A stretch of DNA of 64,000 nucleotides from an uncultured Planctomycetota bacterium (GTDB lineage: Bacteria > Planctomycetota > Planctomycetia > Isosphaerales > Isosphaeraceae): NCBI GenBank assembly GCA_963823665.1, contig CAWGMQ010000004.1, forward strand, positions 1,088,001-1,152,000, read 5' to 3'. Below are positions 18,122 through 30,041 of this stretch, piece after piece (within the stretch, counting starts at the first letter, position 1; each line of letters starts with the position of its first letter). Made by a program: the position numbers and the translations under genes. Under the pieces are notes generated by a model. The model saw only the letters and a program-made list of their open reading frames with translations, had not been told where the DNA came from and ran no database searches.

Positions 18122-20315
18122 ATGGCCGATCTCGAGCGAGACCGTGTGCTCGGTCGGGAGGCGAACGGGAAGGAGCCCGTTTGGTGCGCATCCATCGGCA
18201 TCAGGCAGAAAGAATCAGCGAAGGTCTGGGCGAGCGCGTTTGGCGGCTGGAACGACTGCCGGTGCGCGCGGCGACGGTGCGCGCGATTTCGAGCGCACAG
18301 CCGGAGAAGCTCGACGACGAGCGTGACGACATCGGTCTCACAGGGAAGACCCGATCGATTCTTGACCTCGATCCCGGTTGGGCGCAGGCAATCGCATCGT
18401 CGCCACGGCCGCTGCGCTCACTCCAGGTTACCGCGGAGGCGTCGTGGTGGCCGGTGAGCGGCCCCGGCGGTGCGGCTGCGGAAATGATCTCGCGGCTCTG
18501 GCGGCATTCCGTGGCCGTCAGTGTTGCCGCTCGCTGGCTGGCGCGCGACGCCGGCGATCCGGATCCACACGCGGTGGCGCGCGCCGGGATGCTGTGCCGG
18601 CTGGGATGCTGGGCGGTTGCCGCCGTGGACTCGGACTGGGTACTGCGTTGGTGGCAAACCGCGAGCGCGCCCTGCGCCGCGAGCGCGAGAACGCAGATCT
18701 GGGAGCCGACCTCGACGACCTGGGCCGCCGGCTGGCCGAGCGCTGGGGATGCGAGCCCCTGGTCATCGATGCGGTCTGGCTTCATTCCGATCATTCGCGA
18801 AAGCTGCGCACTGCCGCTTCGCAGCCGGAACGGTTGGCGTACATTCAGGAGGCCTCACGCTGGGTCGAGCAAACGCCGTGGTCGCTCGGCGCAAGCGCGA
18901 TCGAGGCGATGCCGTCGGAGCCGCAGTTGCGGATCTTGATCGCCGAAGTGCAGGCGCGGTGCGGTGCATCATTCGCCGCGACCGATGCCACGCCTCACGA
19001 AGAGAAGCTGTCGCGCCAGAATGCACGGCTCAGGCTCATGCTTTTGGGCGAGCGGCAAGCTCGAAACCGCAATGAACGGTTTGTGCAAGCGCTCGGCGCT
19101 TCCGACCCGGCGACCTCGCCCGAGGAATGGGCTGCACGGGCGGCGCAAGTCTGGTGCGCCGAGCCCGATGTCAGCGGAGCCCAGGTGCGCTGGGTTGACA
19201 CCGAGTCGAGCGCCGTTGCGAAGGGCGACGAGGCGCTCTTATGCAAGGAAAACGTCGCTCTCAACGCACGTGCCTCGGGCGACCAAACACGCAACCCGGG
19301 CGTTCTGATTCCGATTGAGATTCGCGGGCGCACACGCGCGATCGTTCAACTCTTTAGCCATCACGATGGTCTGGAGATCGAGCGGCGGTTGTCGACCGAG
19401 ACCATGAGTAAAGCCTGGGCCGCCTGGGGCGGACTGGTCCTCGACCGCGCACGGCTCGAGCAGAAGCTGCGGCTGGTTGTCGCCGCATTGCACCAGGCGG
19501 CCGAGACCGAGAATACACGCCTCGAGGAGAACAAGCTCGACGCGCTGAGCGAGTTTGCAGCCGGGGCGGGGCATGAGCTCAACAATCCGCTGGCGGTGAT
19601 CGTCGGCCGCGCCCAGCTTCTACTGGCGCGCACAGATGACCCCGAAACGGCTCGGTCCCTTCGTATCATGATCAACCAGGCCGGTCGCGCCCACCGCATC
19701 CTGCGGGATTTGATGTTCGTGGGGCGCCCTCCCGCCGGCAGGCCGAGATCTTGCCGTCCATCCGAGGTGCTCCGCGAGTCGGTGCGGGACTTCCAGGAGG
19801 AATGCAGCGCCAAAGGGATCAGGCTGTCGGGCGAGATTGACGAGAGCGCCGGGCCCGCCTGGGCTGACCCGGATGCACTGCGCCATCTGGCCGATATTTT
19901 CATCCGCAACGCTGTGCAGGCCACATCGTCGGGCGGAAAGATCCAGGTCGGCTCGCGGTTACAGCAGGACGAGCTACTCTGGTGGTTCCTCGACAGCGGC
20001 CGGGGGCTGGATTCTGCGGAGGCGGCCCACCTCTTCGACCCGTTTTACTGCGGGCGCCAAGCAGGCCGCGGACTGGGAATGGGCCTGCCACGGGCTGCCC
20101 GGATTGTCGCCAATGCCGGCGGCCGAATTCGCTGGACGTCGCACCCGGGGCAGGGCACTGTCTTCCACGTGAATCTTCCGTTGCCGCCGCCCGATGATCA
20201 GCCGCCCAAGGAACCGGCAACCGCTCGACGGCCAGCCCCTGGCACCCAGCGCTCACCGAAGAGCGAACCCGCTCCGCGCCCTCAGGTCGCCGCATCGGAA
20301 CCGTCCGTTTCTTGA
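18122..20315 (+). CDS. HDOD-domain sensor histidine kinase (frameshifts near 18180 and 18660)
   Basis: LWRHSVAV HDOD-like segment, H-box AGHELNNPLA, N-box IRNAVQA, and DSGRG, FDPFY, GRGLGMGL. Confidence 0.75.
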
Positions 20316-20540
20316 ACGGCCAACACGCGCGACGGAAAGCGGCGTGACACCCTGTTTGCGCTCTCAACGCGAAGCGTCCTGGAATCGCGACGTCGATGCG
20401 GATCTTTATCGACAGGGCGACCCGTCCGCGCGATTCGAACGAAGTAATTGGTGGACCGGCCGGGGCTGGCAAGCTCGAGAGACAGCGCTGCCGACGGTCC
20501 GCACCCATCTTGACCAGGATTGTTCGTATTCGGATTCACA

Positions 20541-21251
20541 ATGCGCAAATTTCTGATGCCGGCAATTGCAACCTCGCTCCTGGCACTGGCAGGCAGTTCC
20601 CATGGCGGACAGATCACCAACCTCCAGCTCTACGACGGCGGAGATTCTCCCACCGCAGTTATCAACTACACCGGCGCGAACGGCACGGGCAGTTACTCCG
20701 CGTATGTGTACGCCGATCCGCAGGTGAGCTACGGCACAACCAACCCCGTGTTTTACTGTGTGGACCTCTGGCACGATAATTACCTGGGAACGACCTACAC
20801 GATCACGCCCGTTTCGAGCATGAACTTTGCGAACAGCACGTTTGCCGACGTTGACAACCGCATCGGATGGCTCCTGAGCCAGGACCAGAGCACACCCGAC
20901 GCTCGGGCCGCGGTGCAGCTTGCGATCTGGTACACCGTCGACAACAAGCCCGACGGGGCCCTGAATGGATTTTCCATGAGCACGGGCGACTCGACGATCA
21001 CGAACGACTACAACGGGCTCATCTCGTTCAGCGGCTATAACCCGGCACAGAATTACGCAGCGGAGTTCTGGCAAGCGACTCATGATCCGGGCAACACGCT
21101 GTACCAGGACCTAGTGAGCACCGTGGGCACGAACTTTCAGATCAACTCGGTGCCCGAGCCGTCGAGTCTTGCGATGGGCGGCTGCGGCCTGATGTTTCTG
21201 GTTGTGGCCGTGGCTCGGCGGCGAGCGTGCCGAGCCCAAAGCGCGGGGTGA
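20541..21251 (+). CDS. PEP-CTERM sorting-domain protein
   Basis: Signal peptide; C-terminal VPEPSS followed by a TM helix and RRR. Confidence 0.9.
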   Translation: MRKFLMPAIATSLLALAGSSHGGQITNLQLYDGGDSPTAVINYTGANGTGSYSAYVYADPQVSYGTTNPVFYCVDLWHDNYLGTTYTITPVSSMNFANSTFADVDNRIGWLLSQDQSTPDARAAVQLAIWYTVDNKPDGALNGFSMSTGDSTITNDYNGLISFSGYNPAQNYAAEFWQATHDPGNTLYQDLVSTVGTNFQINSVPEPSSLAMGGCGLMFLVVAVARRRACRAQSAG

Positions 21252-21386
21252 GCGCCCGAAGGCCCTGGAATGCTTGCAAGCGACGCACCGACAAGTGTAG
21301 GATGGCCGGGAACTTCTTCGGTCAGCCTACAAGACACGGGGGGCTTGCTCTTGCCGAACAACGCGCGTTCGGGGATTTACATCACG

Positions 21387-22987
21387 ATGCTCCTGGGCTG
21401 GGCGGCCGGCGGGTTCGCGGAAGAACCCGATCCGGCCGCGCTCGTGCGCCTGCGCACGGGCAGGAATCGTGGGTGGAGCGGGTCGAGAGCCTTCAGCTTA
21501 CGGCCGAGATACGCTGGGAGCGCACCCCGCTGGGGATCGAACATCGGCGCCGCGAGCTGCGAACGCAGTTTCCGGAAGCTGACCTTTCTCAAATGCGGGA
21601 CCTCCGGGCTCACACCTCCCAGATCGTCGAGCTTGCCTTCGACAGGAAACGGATCCGGCTGCGAATCGAGGATGTGGGCGACAGTGAGGATCTGCGAATC
21701 TGGGACGGCAAGAGGTTTATTCTTCACAACCGTTATGACCTGGTGCCGGATCGCAGCGGCTATTTGATCAATCGCGAGCCGGAGAAGTGGCTGTACTGGC
21801 TGGTCTGGAGCAACTTCAATAGCTTCCGTGCCGGCGCGCATGGTTTCTGGTGGATGAATCCAAAACGGCTGGCCGAGTGGGAGGCACTCGAAGGCAAGCC
21901 GGAAGACTTTGCGTACGAGGGTACGGCCCTGTTCCACGGGACCAGGTGTCACGTCGTTAGCCGCTGGGAATCGTGGAAAACCTTGTATATCGCGGTCGAC
22001 GACGGGCGATTGCGTGGTATCCGCTCCGGCGCTCAATCCACGCGGAAGCTCACGCGCTCTTATATCGATCTTCTGCGACGAAAGGGACATCAGGTCGAGG
22101 ATGAAAACGAACTCGGGCGAGTTTTAGGCTCGATCCCGAAGGCCGAGCTCGCTGCCATCCAACGCTCGGGTGCGTCCGAGCTCACCCGGCTGATCGACCC
22201 TTGCTTCGAGTACTGGCTAAGCGACCACAAAGAAGTGGCGCCCGGCTGCTGGCTGCCGATCAAACAGTGCGTGAGCTTTATCAGCGTCGACGACAACGGC
22301 AACGCCTTCGAGTCGGCCCGGAACGAGCTAGAAATTCTCGACGCCAAGGTGAATGAGGCATTGCCCGCCACGTTCTTCGCGGTCGAGTTCAAGGAAGGGG
22401 AGCGCATCAACGATCAGACGGCGGAGCCGCCTGTTACTTATCGATACAAGGAAACGTTCACGCCCGAGGAATGGGCCAAGATCGTTGCCGAAGGCAAGGA
22501 ACGCGCCTTGCGCGATCTCGCGAGAAAGAAGCGCCAGGCCGCGCTCCTGGGGCAGGAGATCGCTCCATTCCCGGCCGAGGCAACCTGGCTGAACAGCAAG
22601 CGGCTGACGAAGAGCGACCTGAGCGGGAAGGTTGTTATCCTTGACTTCTGGGCCGAGTGGTGCGGGCCGTGCCGCAACGACCTGCCCGCGCTGGCGGCGC
22701 TGGACAAGAAGCAGGGCAAAGACATCATCATCATCGGCGTACATCCGCCCGGCAGCGAATTGAGCGCGATCAGGAAAATGATGGAGGAGTTCGAGCTCCA
22801 ATACCCGATCTGCATCGACGTGGCTGCGCCGGGCGGCGCGACTGCGTGGGGAGCGCTTTTCGAGGTCTACGGCGTGGATCGCATTCCGCATTCCGTCGTG
22901 ATCGACAAGCAGGGCAGGATCGCCGCGACGGGGGCGCTTGGCGAGGTTCTGCCCAGGGCGGCGGAGCTGGCGGGGCGCGGTCTTTGA
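21387..22987 (+). CDS. Secreted protein with C-terminal TlpA/thioredoxin-like domain (frameshift near 21455; start uncertain)
   Basis: GKVVILDFWAEWCGPC motif; the signal-like start lies in a different frame (ORF 21270..21767). Confidence 0.75.
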
Positions 22988-22992
22988 GTCGC

Positions 22993-24525
22993 TCACTTTT
23001 CTTTGATGACAACGACTTCCCCACGCGGATAGCCGTCGACGTCGACGCCACGCTGCCCAGGCTTCGGCTTGTTCTCGCAGATTCGCAGCAGAAGCGTTTC
23101 GTTCGAGTTGGCGCGATACTCTTTGCTCACGAGATCCGTGTCGCAGACCAGCAGCCCGCGATGCGTGGGATCGACCGAAGCAATCGGGTGCTTCACGATG
23201 GTTACGAGACCACCTTGCTTACAACCAGCGCATTTCAGCCGGTACTCTCCGTCGCCTTCCTCGCTGAGCAAGAACCCGGATAGCTTGCGATCGCGCCGCA
23301 GGAAGCTCACGCCGATGACCGCGCCGGAACCGTCCGATACTTTCTCGAACGAGAAGTCGACGAGCTCGCGGGCTGGTGACTCCTTACTTTCTTGCGATCG
23401 CAGAAGGACTCTGAACTTCTCTCCTTTTGCGACGTCGATCCGGAACTTGTAGATGTCGAGGCCGGTGGCTTCGACCAGATCGTCGGTACTCAGCCCGAGT
23501 CTCAGAAACGAGATGTAGTCTTGGCCGTCCGGCCCGGCAATTGGTTTTGCCTGGGGTGGTTCGGGCTTTCTGGCGACCACCTTTCGGTCCTGGGGCACCG
23601 CGCTGGACTTTGATTCTGGCAGTGGCGATGGAGGTGCCACCGCTTTTTCCCGGTATGTGAGCGCAGCGGCGCCGAAAGCGATGCCGCAGCCGGAGAGCGC
23701 AACGACCGCTCCGGCCCTCAGTTTCGAGATGAACATGGCGTGAAGGACTCCCATGGCAAGGACCGCGGGCTTGGTCGAGCCCAGGGCCATCGCGGTTGAT
23801 GAATGTGACACAAAACTCAACGACGTCTTGACCGTGGCCTCGAGCAGAGCCGACGGCATCGCTGGAGCATCGGGTAGCGTTTCGGCGAGCAAAAGGACCG
23901 CGGGCGACGCGATGCCGCGGCGGATCAGGCGTGCTCGCAACTGGTCTTTGGCGCGTGACAGGCGGGAAAGCACGGTGCCGCGGGGGCAACCGAGCCGCTG
24001 TGCCGCCACCTCGGCGGAGAGCCCTTCCAGATAGCAAAGCACGACGGGTTCTCGATAATGCCGAGGCAACCGGGCGATTTCCTCGTGAAGCTCCGGACAG
24101 GAATCGGGGAGGCCCGCCGGGTGGTCGGGTTCCGCTCGCTTCATACGCGCACTCCGCCGCTCAAACTCGGCGCGCCGAGCCACCTCGGACTTCGCTCGCT
24201 TTGCCACTCGAAGCGCGACGCCGTGCAGCCAACTGGCGATTGAATCGGCCTTGCGGACCGAGCTCGCCTTCCTGGCCAATACCATGAACGTCGCCTGAAA
24301 CGCGTCTTCCGCGTCGTGGGAGTTGCCGAGCGCGTGACGGCAGACGCCGAGCACCATCGGCCCGTGCCGCTCGACCAGGATTGTGAAAGCCGCTTGAGCC
24401 TCTTCACCCCGCTGGCACACGATTTGCTCTAGGAGCGACCCGTCCGAGAGATTGCCCACCACGCCCATTCCGGAGAGCCTGTCGAGTTGCTTCCGAAGGT
24501 CGGCGCCCGCCGGTCTGGTTGTCAC
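22993..24525 (-). CDS. ECF RNA polymerase sigma factor with TM and C-terminal extension
   Basis: HGPMVLGVC, DAEDAFQATF, SWLHGVA and LCYLEGLS...GTVLSRLSRA motifs. Confidence 0.9.
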   Translation of the reverse strand: MTTRPAGADLRKQLDRLSGMGVVGNLSDGSLLEQIVCQRGEEAQAAFTILVERHGPMVLGVCRHALGNSHDAEDAFQATFMVLARKASSVRKADSIASWLHGVALRVAKRAKSEVARRAEFERRSARMKRAEPDHPAGLPDSCPELHEEIARLPRHYREPVVLCYLEGLSAEVAAQRLGCPRGTVLSRLSRAKDQLRARLIRRGIASPAVLLLAETLPDAPAMPSALLEATVKTSLSFVSHSSTAMALGSTKPAVLAMGVLHAMFISKLRAGAVVALSGCGIAFGAAALTYREKAVAPPSPLPESKSSAVPQDRKVVARKPEPPQAKPIAGPDGQDYISFLRLGLSTDDLVEATGLDIYKFRIDVAKGEKFRVLLRSQESKESPARELVDFSFEKVSDGSGAVIGVSFLRRDRKLSGFLLSEEGDGEYRLKCAGCKQGGLVTIVKHPIASVDPTHRGLLVCDTDLVSKEYRANSNETLLLRICENKPKPGQRGVDVDGYPRGEVVVIKEK

Positions 24526-24688
24526 TGCTCGGCCCTCCTCGGGTCAGGTCTCTCTCATAGTGCAAGAAGGCAGTTCGTTGATTCCAAATGTTAACCGAAA
24601 TTTCATTGGACCGGCCTGGCGACGGGCCGTGATGATCAAGGGATTGCCATGCGAAACCGGATCATCAAGTTCCTGGGGAGCCGAGTAG

Positions 24689-25702
24689 ATGAGCCGCGAT
24701 GAAACGACCAGTCTGGAGCGAAGCGTGCCTTGGTGGGCACGGGCGGGAAGGGCCGGTAACTGGGTGGTGCTGCTGGCATTGCTGGTCTGGCTGGGAATCG
24801 CCGGCGCCAAGCCCGAGCAGACACCGAAGACGCAGACGCCGCCACCGGACGGCGAGTGGACGGCCAACGCGGTGGTCGCCGAGCCTCGCACGATCACGGA
24901 CTCGGGCCTCGGAGCAGTGCAGGGGGTCGTGGTGCGGGACGGCAAGGTGTACGCGTACGGCGACGTCGTCTCCGCCAAGCCGCGCGTCGGGGTGATTCGC
25001 GAGTACGACATGGAACTGAACGCCAGCGGGCGTGTGGTGTGGCTGCGTCGTGACGGTAAGCCGCTCATCCTGCATCCGACTGGTCTCACCTGGGACCCGC
25101 GCTACGGGACGTTTCTCGGTGACACCGTGCTCAAGAAGGCTGTGATCTACCGGCTCGACTGGGAGCGGGCCTGGCGGGATGGCAATCTTGACCACGCGGT
25201 GATGGACACCATCGACGATGACAGTGCGACCAACGGGTGCCGGCCGACGCTCGTCACGGTGGGCGGCCGGACGTTTCTGGCAACCTCGGATTACGGGGAT
25301 ACTCATCCCGAGGTCCGCCTCTACGACCCGGAGGCCCTGATCGCCGCCAAGCACTCGAGCGCCCCGGGCGTGATCGTCCATCATTTTCGCTGCGGCCCGT
25401 TCAATCAAAACATGCAGTGGGATGCCACCACCGGGCAGCTCACGTGCGTCCAGAACGTGATTGAAGGGCGCGGTTGGCGGCTCGATGTGCTCGACCTGGC
25501 GAAGGCGGTTGCCGCCGGAGACGTCTCTGCCGCGGGTGTGCGCGTGCGAACTTATACATTCATGCCGCACGACGAGCTGGAAGGCTACTGGCCGCTTGAG
25601 AATGGGCGATCGCTGCTGGCCGTCGCGCGCCGAAGCGACAATCTCGTCGCCGGGACAATTCGAGCTGTGGAGCCACGGACTTCGGCCGCGGGGTCGCCGT
25701 GA
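24689..25702 (+). CDS. Hypothetical secreted protein (possible beta-propeller)
   Basis: 337 aa with a hydrophobic N-terminal segment and beta-rich composition. Confidence 0.6.
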   Translation: MSRDETTSLERSVPWWARAGRAGNWVVLLALLVWLGIAGAKPEQTPKTQTPPPDGEWTANAVVAEPRTITDSGLGAVQGVVVRDGKVYAYGDVVSAKPRVGVIREYDMELNASGRVVWLRRDGKPLILHPTGLTWDPRYGTFLGDTVLKKAVIYRLDWERAWRDGNLDHAVMDTIDDDSATNGCRPTLVTVGGRTFLATSDYGDTHPEVRLYDPEALIAAKHSSAPGVIVHHFRCGPFNQNMQWDATTGQLTCVQNVIEGRGWRLDVLDLAKAVAAGDVSAAGVRVRTYTFMPHDELEGYWPLENGRSLLAVARRSDNLVAGTIRAVEPRTSAAGSP

Positions 25703-25717
25703 GATGTGTTAAACGCC

Positions 25718-25776
25718 TTGGGCGCCGTGGAGACCTTTGGTCGCGCCGGCGGGCGGGGTCGGAGACCCGCGCCCAA
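25718..25776. repeat. REP-like element (GGAGACCTTTGGTC / GCGGGGTCGGAGACCCGCG) bounded by TTGGGCGC...GCGCCCAA
   Basis: Lies between convergent genes; the same core occurs in-frame at 51311-51532. Confidence 0.6.
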
Positions 25777-25813
25777 TTTTGCGGGGTCGCCGCGTCAGCA
25801 GTGGCGCCGGAGA

Positions 25814-26800
25814 TCAGCGTTTCACGAACTGCTCGCGTGCGAGCAAGGCGGCGCCCAGGATGCCGGCGTCGTCGCCCAGGGCGGCGCGTTCGATCTTGAT
25901 CTTGCGGTCGGGATCGGTGAATGCCTGCGATCGCACGGCGGAACGCACGAGCTCGAGATATGGGTCGCCCAGTGCCTCGGCCACTCCGCCGCCGACGATC
26001 ACGATTTCTGGGCCGAATGCGTTGATCAGGCTGCCGAGCCCGATGCCCAGGAAGTGAGCTGCCCGCTGGACTTCCTTGCGCGCGACCAGGTCTTCGGCGG
26101 CCACTGCCTCGGAGAGGTCACCGCTCTTCAATCGCCCGCCTTTGCGGGCCATCTTGTCGGCCAGGACGGTTGGCAGCCCTTTGCGCACTGCCTTCTCAAC
26201 GCGCCGGGCGATCGCCGTCTTGCTGGCGAGTGCTTCCATGCAACCGCGGTTGCCGCACCCGCAGCGCGGACCTCCGGCCTTGATGATCATATGACCGATC
26301 TCGCCTGCGTTGCCGGTGGCACCGGCGACGACCTCGCCGCTCTTGATCACGCAGCCGCCGATGCCGGTTCCGACGAACGCGGCGATCATGTCGCGATACC
26401 CCCGCGCGGATCCGAGCCGGAACTCGGCGATGCCGGCGACCCGGACATCGTTGCGCACGAGCACAGGCCGGCCGAGCGCCACGCTCAGCTCGGGCCCCAG
26501 CGGAAAGTTCCGCACGTTCATATTGGCGCTGAAGAGGATCGTGCCAGTCTTGATGTCGAGCGGGCCGGGCGAGCCCACACCCGCGCCCATTACCTGGTTG
26601 CGCGATAGTCCGGCCGATTCGAGGGCATCATCCACACACGCGATCATCGCCTCGACAATCGCCGGTCCACCCTCCTTGGCCGGTGTCGTTCGCTTGGCGC
26701 GACCGAGAATCTTGTGGCTGCTACTCACGACGCCCACCAGGATCTTGGTCCCACCCAGGTCGATTCCCAGGGTAGGGGGCCCGTCATTGCGAGACGCCAT
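25814..26800 (-). CDS. ROK family sugar kinase (glucokinase-like)
   Basis: GIDLGGTKI, GVGSPGP, GTGIGG and GEIGH..CGCGNRGCMEALAS motifs. Confidence 0.92.
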   Translation of the reverse strand: MASRNDGPPTLGIDLGGTKILVGVVSSSHKILGRAKRTTPAKEGGPAIVEAMIACVDDALESAGLSRNQVMGAGVGSPGPLDIKTGTILFSANMNVRNFPLGPELSVALGRPVLVRNDVRVAGIAEFRLGSARGYRDMIAAFVGTGIGGCVIKSGEVVAGATGNAGEIGHMIIKAGGPRCGCGNRGCMEALASKTAIARRVEKAVRKGLPTVLADKMARKGGRLKSGDLSEAVAAEDLVARKEVQRAAHFLGIGLGSLINAFGPEIVIVGGGVAEALGDPYLELVRSAVRSQAFTDPDRKIKIERAALGDDAGILGAALLAREQFVKR

Positions 26801-26956
26801 GATCGCTGGCTCCGAGTCCAAGCACACCGATTGCATATTCTTCTCCCGTGTTGAGTCGGTGATACTATACTCGGGGGGGGTGTGGTTCGACCACCCGGGG
26901 TTGTCATGAGGACGACCGCGGCGGCGACGCCGTAGAGTTCGAGAGCTCTGCGTACT

Positions 26957-27826
26957 ATGAGATTTGCAGCGACCTGGCAGACGCCGGCAGCGAGCGCGGG
27001 CCGATTTCGGGCGGTCTTCGAGGCGGCCGGTTTCGGTCTGATCCTCGGGCTCGTCGATGTGCAATCAACGGGCACGGGGGCCTGGTTCTTACTTGTCTAC
27101 TTGGTTGTCGCATATGCACTCGGAGTGCGACACGGAGTTCGATCATGGCAGGCGTGGATCCCGCTGGGCGCGTCGGTGTATCTTGCTCATCTCGCGGGGA
27201 TCGCGTGCGGATATAAGCCGCCCTATGTCGCGGCCAATGCACGAGAAGCGCTGGGGCTCTTCTTCTTTTCTTGGCCCGCCGCGGTTGCGATTGCTTTCGG
27301 TGCCACTTTTCGGCTTGCACTCGACCTTGCCGCACGGTTGCGAATCGGTCGCCGCCAAGACGTGGAATCTCCTTTGGATCGACGCGCTCCAAATGGCGGG
27401 GCAAGAGTTGAAAGCGTTGAATTGCAATCAGGCTTGCCGCCACTTGCACCAGCGCAAGCCACCGGCGAGATGGCGCGCCGCCGGTTCACGGTTCGGCGGC
27501 TGATGGTCGTAATCGCAGTCATCGGTGTTCATCTTGCATTCGTGCGTCTTATGCTCGTGAGTGACCCTTTCTTCGGACATGGCACCATTTACTCGCAGCA
27601 GTACAGCGAGGAGCGGTTCCGGACGATCCAAGTTGGGATGACGACGGCTGAGGTCGAGGCTGTGATGGGTCCGCCGCTACGCAAAGAGTCGGCGAGCATC
27701 CCCGCGGACGACGAAATGTGGCATTACAGCGATCAGTTCAACGGCACCGCCAATTTCTGGAGGCGATGGCTGCTGTTTCAGAAGGGCAAGGTATTGGTGG
27801 TTATTGATGATTTCTGGGAGGATTGA
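26957..27826 (+). CDS. Membrane protein with C-terminal SmpA/OmlA (BamE)-like motif
   Basis: Several TM segments, then IQVGMTTAEVEAVMGPP...WHY. Confidence 0.6.
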   Translation: MRFAATWQTPAASAGRFRAVFEAAGFGLILGLVDVQSTGTGAWFLLVYLVVAYALGVRHGVRSWQAWIPLGASVYLAHLAGIACGYKPPYVAANAREALGLFFFSWPAAVAIAFGATFRLALDLAARLRIGRRQDVESPLDRRAPNGGARVESVELQSGLPPLAPAQATGEMARRRFTVRRLMVVIAVIGVHLAFVRLMLVSDPFFGHGTIYSQQYSEERFRTIQVGMTTAEVEAVMGPPLRKESASIPADDEMWHYSDQFNGTANFWRRWLLFQKGKVLVVIDDFWED

Positions 27827-27900
27827 ATGCGAGAGGTCTGCCAGGATCTCTCGCCTGCTCGGCTGGGCGGGAGCCTCGCACGCCGAATTGCGAAATGGCG

Positions 27901-28575
27901 TTAGTCGATCGTGCTTCTTGCTTTGAGCTCCGCTAGCGCCCATTCGGCCAGTCGGTCTTCCCAGCTCGTGCGATCGATCGTGTCTTCGCTCTGAAGCCAG
28001 CGGAGGATTTCCGTGTCTTGCACCGGCAGGAAGCTGCTCCGCTCGACGCGCTCGTATCCGCCCGCTTCATTCAACCGTTCGATCACGAGAGAAATGCCGT
28101 CGAAGCGCCAGATTTCAGCGACGCGGAGGGTTGCATAGATCGCAGTGCGATCGAGTTTGGGCGGGCTGAGATCCACCTCGAGCGCCAGGTCCGGGGCGGG
28201 GTAATCGGCAGGATCATTCGAGCGCGACGCTATCGCCGCGGCGGCGATGGATATCTTCTCTTGATCGAAATAGAAGCAGTCGTCTGATTCGAGTCCGCGA
28301 TCAGCTTTGATCGATTCCCAGGTGGTGGAACCCATGTCGAGGCGTGGGATACGCAACGTCCTGGCTGCAGTCCGCACGAACTGTCCTAACAGCGCCTTAT
28401 CTGATTCATGCAGTGGACCCGGTGCCGTGATTTCCAGGACTCCGTGGTCGTAAGCGAAACGGGCACCGGTGGACTCCGATGTCAGCTTCTTGAACGTCGC
28501 CCAGTCAACGCCGGAAAGAAGGATGCGCGCCTCTCCGTCGCTGGTCGATCTCTCGGGTCGTGTCGCTGTGCTCAT
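27901..28575 (-). CDS. Uma2 family endonuclease
   Basis: LSGVDWATF, GLESDDCFY, PDLALEVD and IYATLRVAEIWRFD motifs. Confidence 0.88.
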   Translation of the reverse strand: MSTATRPERSTSDGEARILLSGVDWATFKKLTSESTGARFAYDHGVLEITAPGPLHESDKALLGQFVRTAARTLRIPRLDMGSTTWESIKADRGLESDDCFYFDQEKISIAAAAIASRSNDPADYPAPDLALEVDLSPPKLDRTAIYATLRVAEIWRFDGISLVIERLNEAGGYERVERSSFLPVQDTEILRWLQSEDTIDRTSWEDRLAEWALAELKARSTID

Positions 28576-28607
28576 TGCCGAATCTCCCTCGCCGCGCCCT
28601 CGATCGA

Positions 28608-29972
28608 TCAGGGCCTTGCTCCAGTCGGTGATTCGTCGTGCAGCCGATTGAGCAGACCGACGGCCTCGTCGACGATCAACTCACCTGTGCCGCGCTCCAG
28701 AAAGCTGTGCAGGCCCGTCCAGGTCTGGTAACCGCCGCGATCGAAACCCACCTTGTCGGGGATGTAGCCGATGTAGTCGTTGGCTAGTTCGAAAACATAA
28801 GTATAGCGAAAGGGGGATCGGCGCTTGATCTCCTGGCCGAGAACCGTGAAGAATTCGCCGGGGACGCCGACCATGGCGATGTCGCCGATTGTCACGGCCT
28901 GGACCCAGGTTTTGCGAGATTCTCCCTGGTGCGGGGCGACCTCCTTCCGCATCGCTCGAAATGTCGCGATCACTCGTTCCGCACTCGGGGGGTCCTTGAT
29001 TCGTTTCGTGCAATAGGCGGTCACCGCGCGTTCGTCGGCCGCCTCGTCGAAGCGGCGCACTTTCACCGTGACTTCCTTCTTCAACGACCGCACGCGATCG
29101 ACCGTGCGCGGCGCCGCCGTGTCGAGGGCGGATCGCACCGCCTGTTCAATTCTGTTTGTCGCCTCGGGAGTGGGCACGTCGAGGTTGTGGGTCGAGCCCG
29201 ACGCACCTTCGAAGAAGATGACTGTTCCGCCACGGTCTTTTTCGATTGCTTGCGCGGCCAGGCCGTAGAACGATGGCGAGCGAACGCCAGGTTTGTGCGT
29301 ACCGATCGTGTGCGTGGAGTGGTTGAAGAGAATGGCTTCGAACTTGCTGTCGCCGCGGCGGAAGCCCAGCACGGGAAGCTCGGGATCGAACGGCCCGGTG
29401 GGCCGCACGGCGTCGTCGTGGCTGCCAACCCAGAAGATTGTTCCGTCGCGCAGCAGCAGCCGGCTGTTCTTGCCCACGGAAGACTCTTCACCCAGGCGAA
29501 AGAGAAACGTGACCGCGCCGAGCCGGCCGTTGGCCCTGACGACTGCCTGGACGATTTTGTCTTCGACCTGGCGCGTGAATTCTTCTTCGCGGTTGTACCC
29601 GTGAATCGTGGCCGTCGTGGGTGCGTGATGGGTGTGGGTTGCGTTGATCAGGATATGGTCGAACGGAATTCCGGTCGCTTGCTCAATTCGCCGAGCGGCG
29701 CGGTCGAGGACGTCTCGATTGACCATCAGGACGTCGCAGGCGACGAGTGCGACTTTCCCGCCATGCGGGTCTTCGACCACCAGGGCGCTGGCGCGCAGCT
29801 CTCCTTCTTGACCGCTGGCCTTGCCGGGGCCGATGCCGCCGCCGATCACCATGGAATCGTCGGCGAGCAGAACTTCATGGGCTGCGCCGGCTTTCAAGTC
29901 GGCAGCGGCGGGTACGGGGTTGCACGCCAGCGATAGCCAGGCGGCCGTCAAGAGCATTTTGAGGTGTTTCAT
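28608..29972 (-). CDS. Neutral/alkaline ceramidase-like secreted hydrolase
   Basis: Signal peptide; INATHTHHAP, GVPGEFF and ELANDYIGYIP motifs. Confidence 0.75.
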   Translation of the reverse strand: MKHLKMLLTAAWLSLACNPVPAAADLKAGAAHEVLLADDSMVIGGGIGPGKASGQEGELRASALVVEDPHGGKVALVACDVLMVNRDVLDRAARRIEQATGIPFDHILINATHTHHAPTTATIHGYNREEEFTRQVEDKIVQAVVRANGRLGAVTFLFRLGEESSVGKNSRLLLRDGTIFWVGSHDDAVRPTGPFDPELPVLGFRRGDSKFEAILFNHSTHTIGTHKPGVRSPSFYGLAAQAIEKDRGGTVIFFEGASGSTHNLDVPTPEATNRIEQAVRSALDTAAPRTVDRVRSLKKEVTVKVRRFDEAADERAVTAYCTKRIKDPPSAERVIATFRAMRKEVAPHQGESRKTWVQAVTIGDIAMVGVPGEFFTVLGQEIKRRSPFRYTYVFELANDYIGYIPDKVGFDRGGYQTWTGLHSFLERGTGELIVDEAVGLLNRLHDESPTGARP

Positions 29973-30041
29973 GGTCGAGGAGAGACTCGGAGTGAACTCG
30001 AAGAAGTCGTTACAAGGGTGGCATTGGCTTGGGTGGGAGGA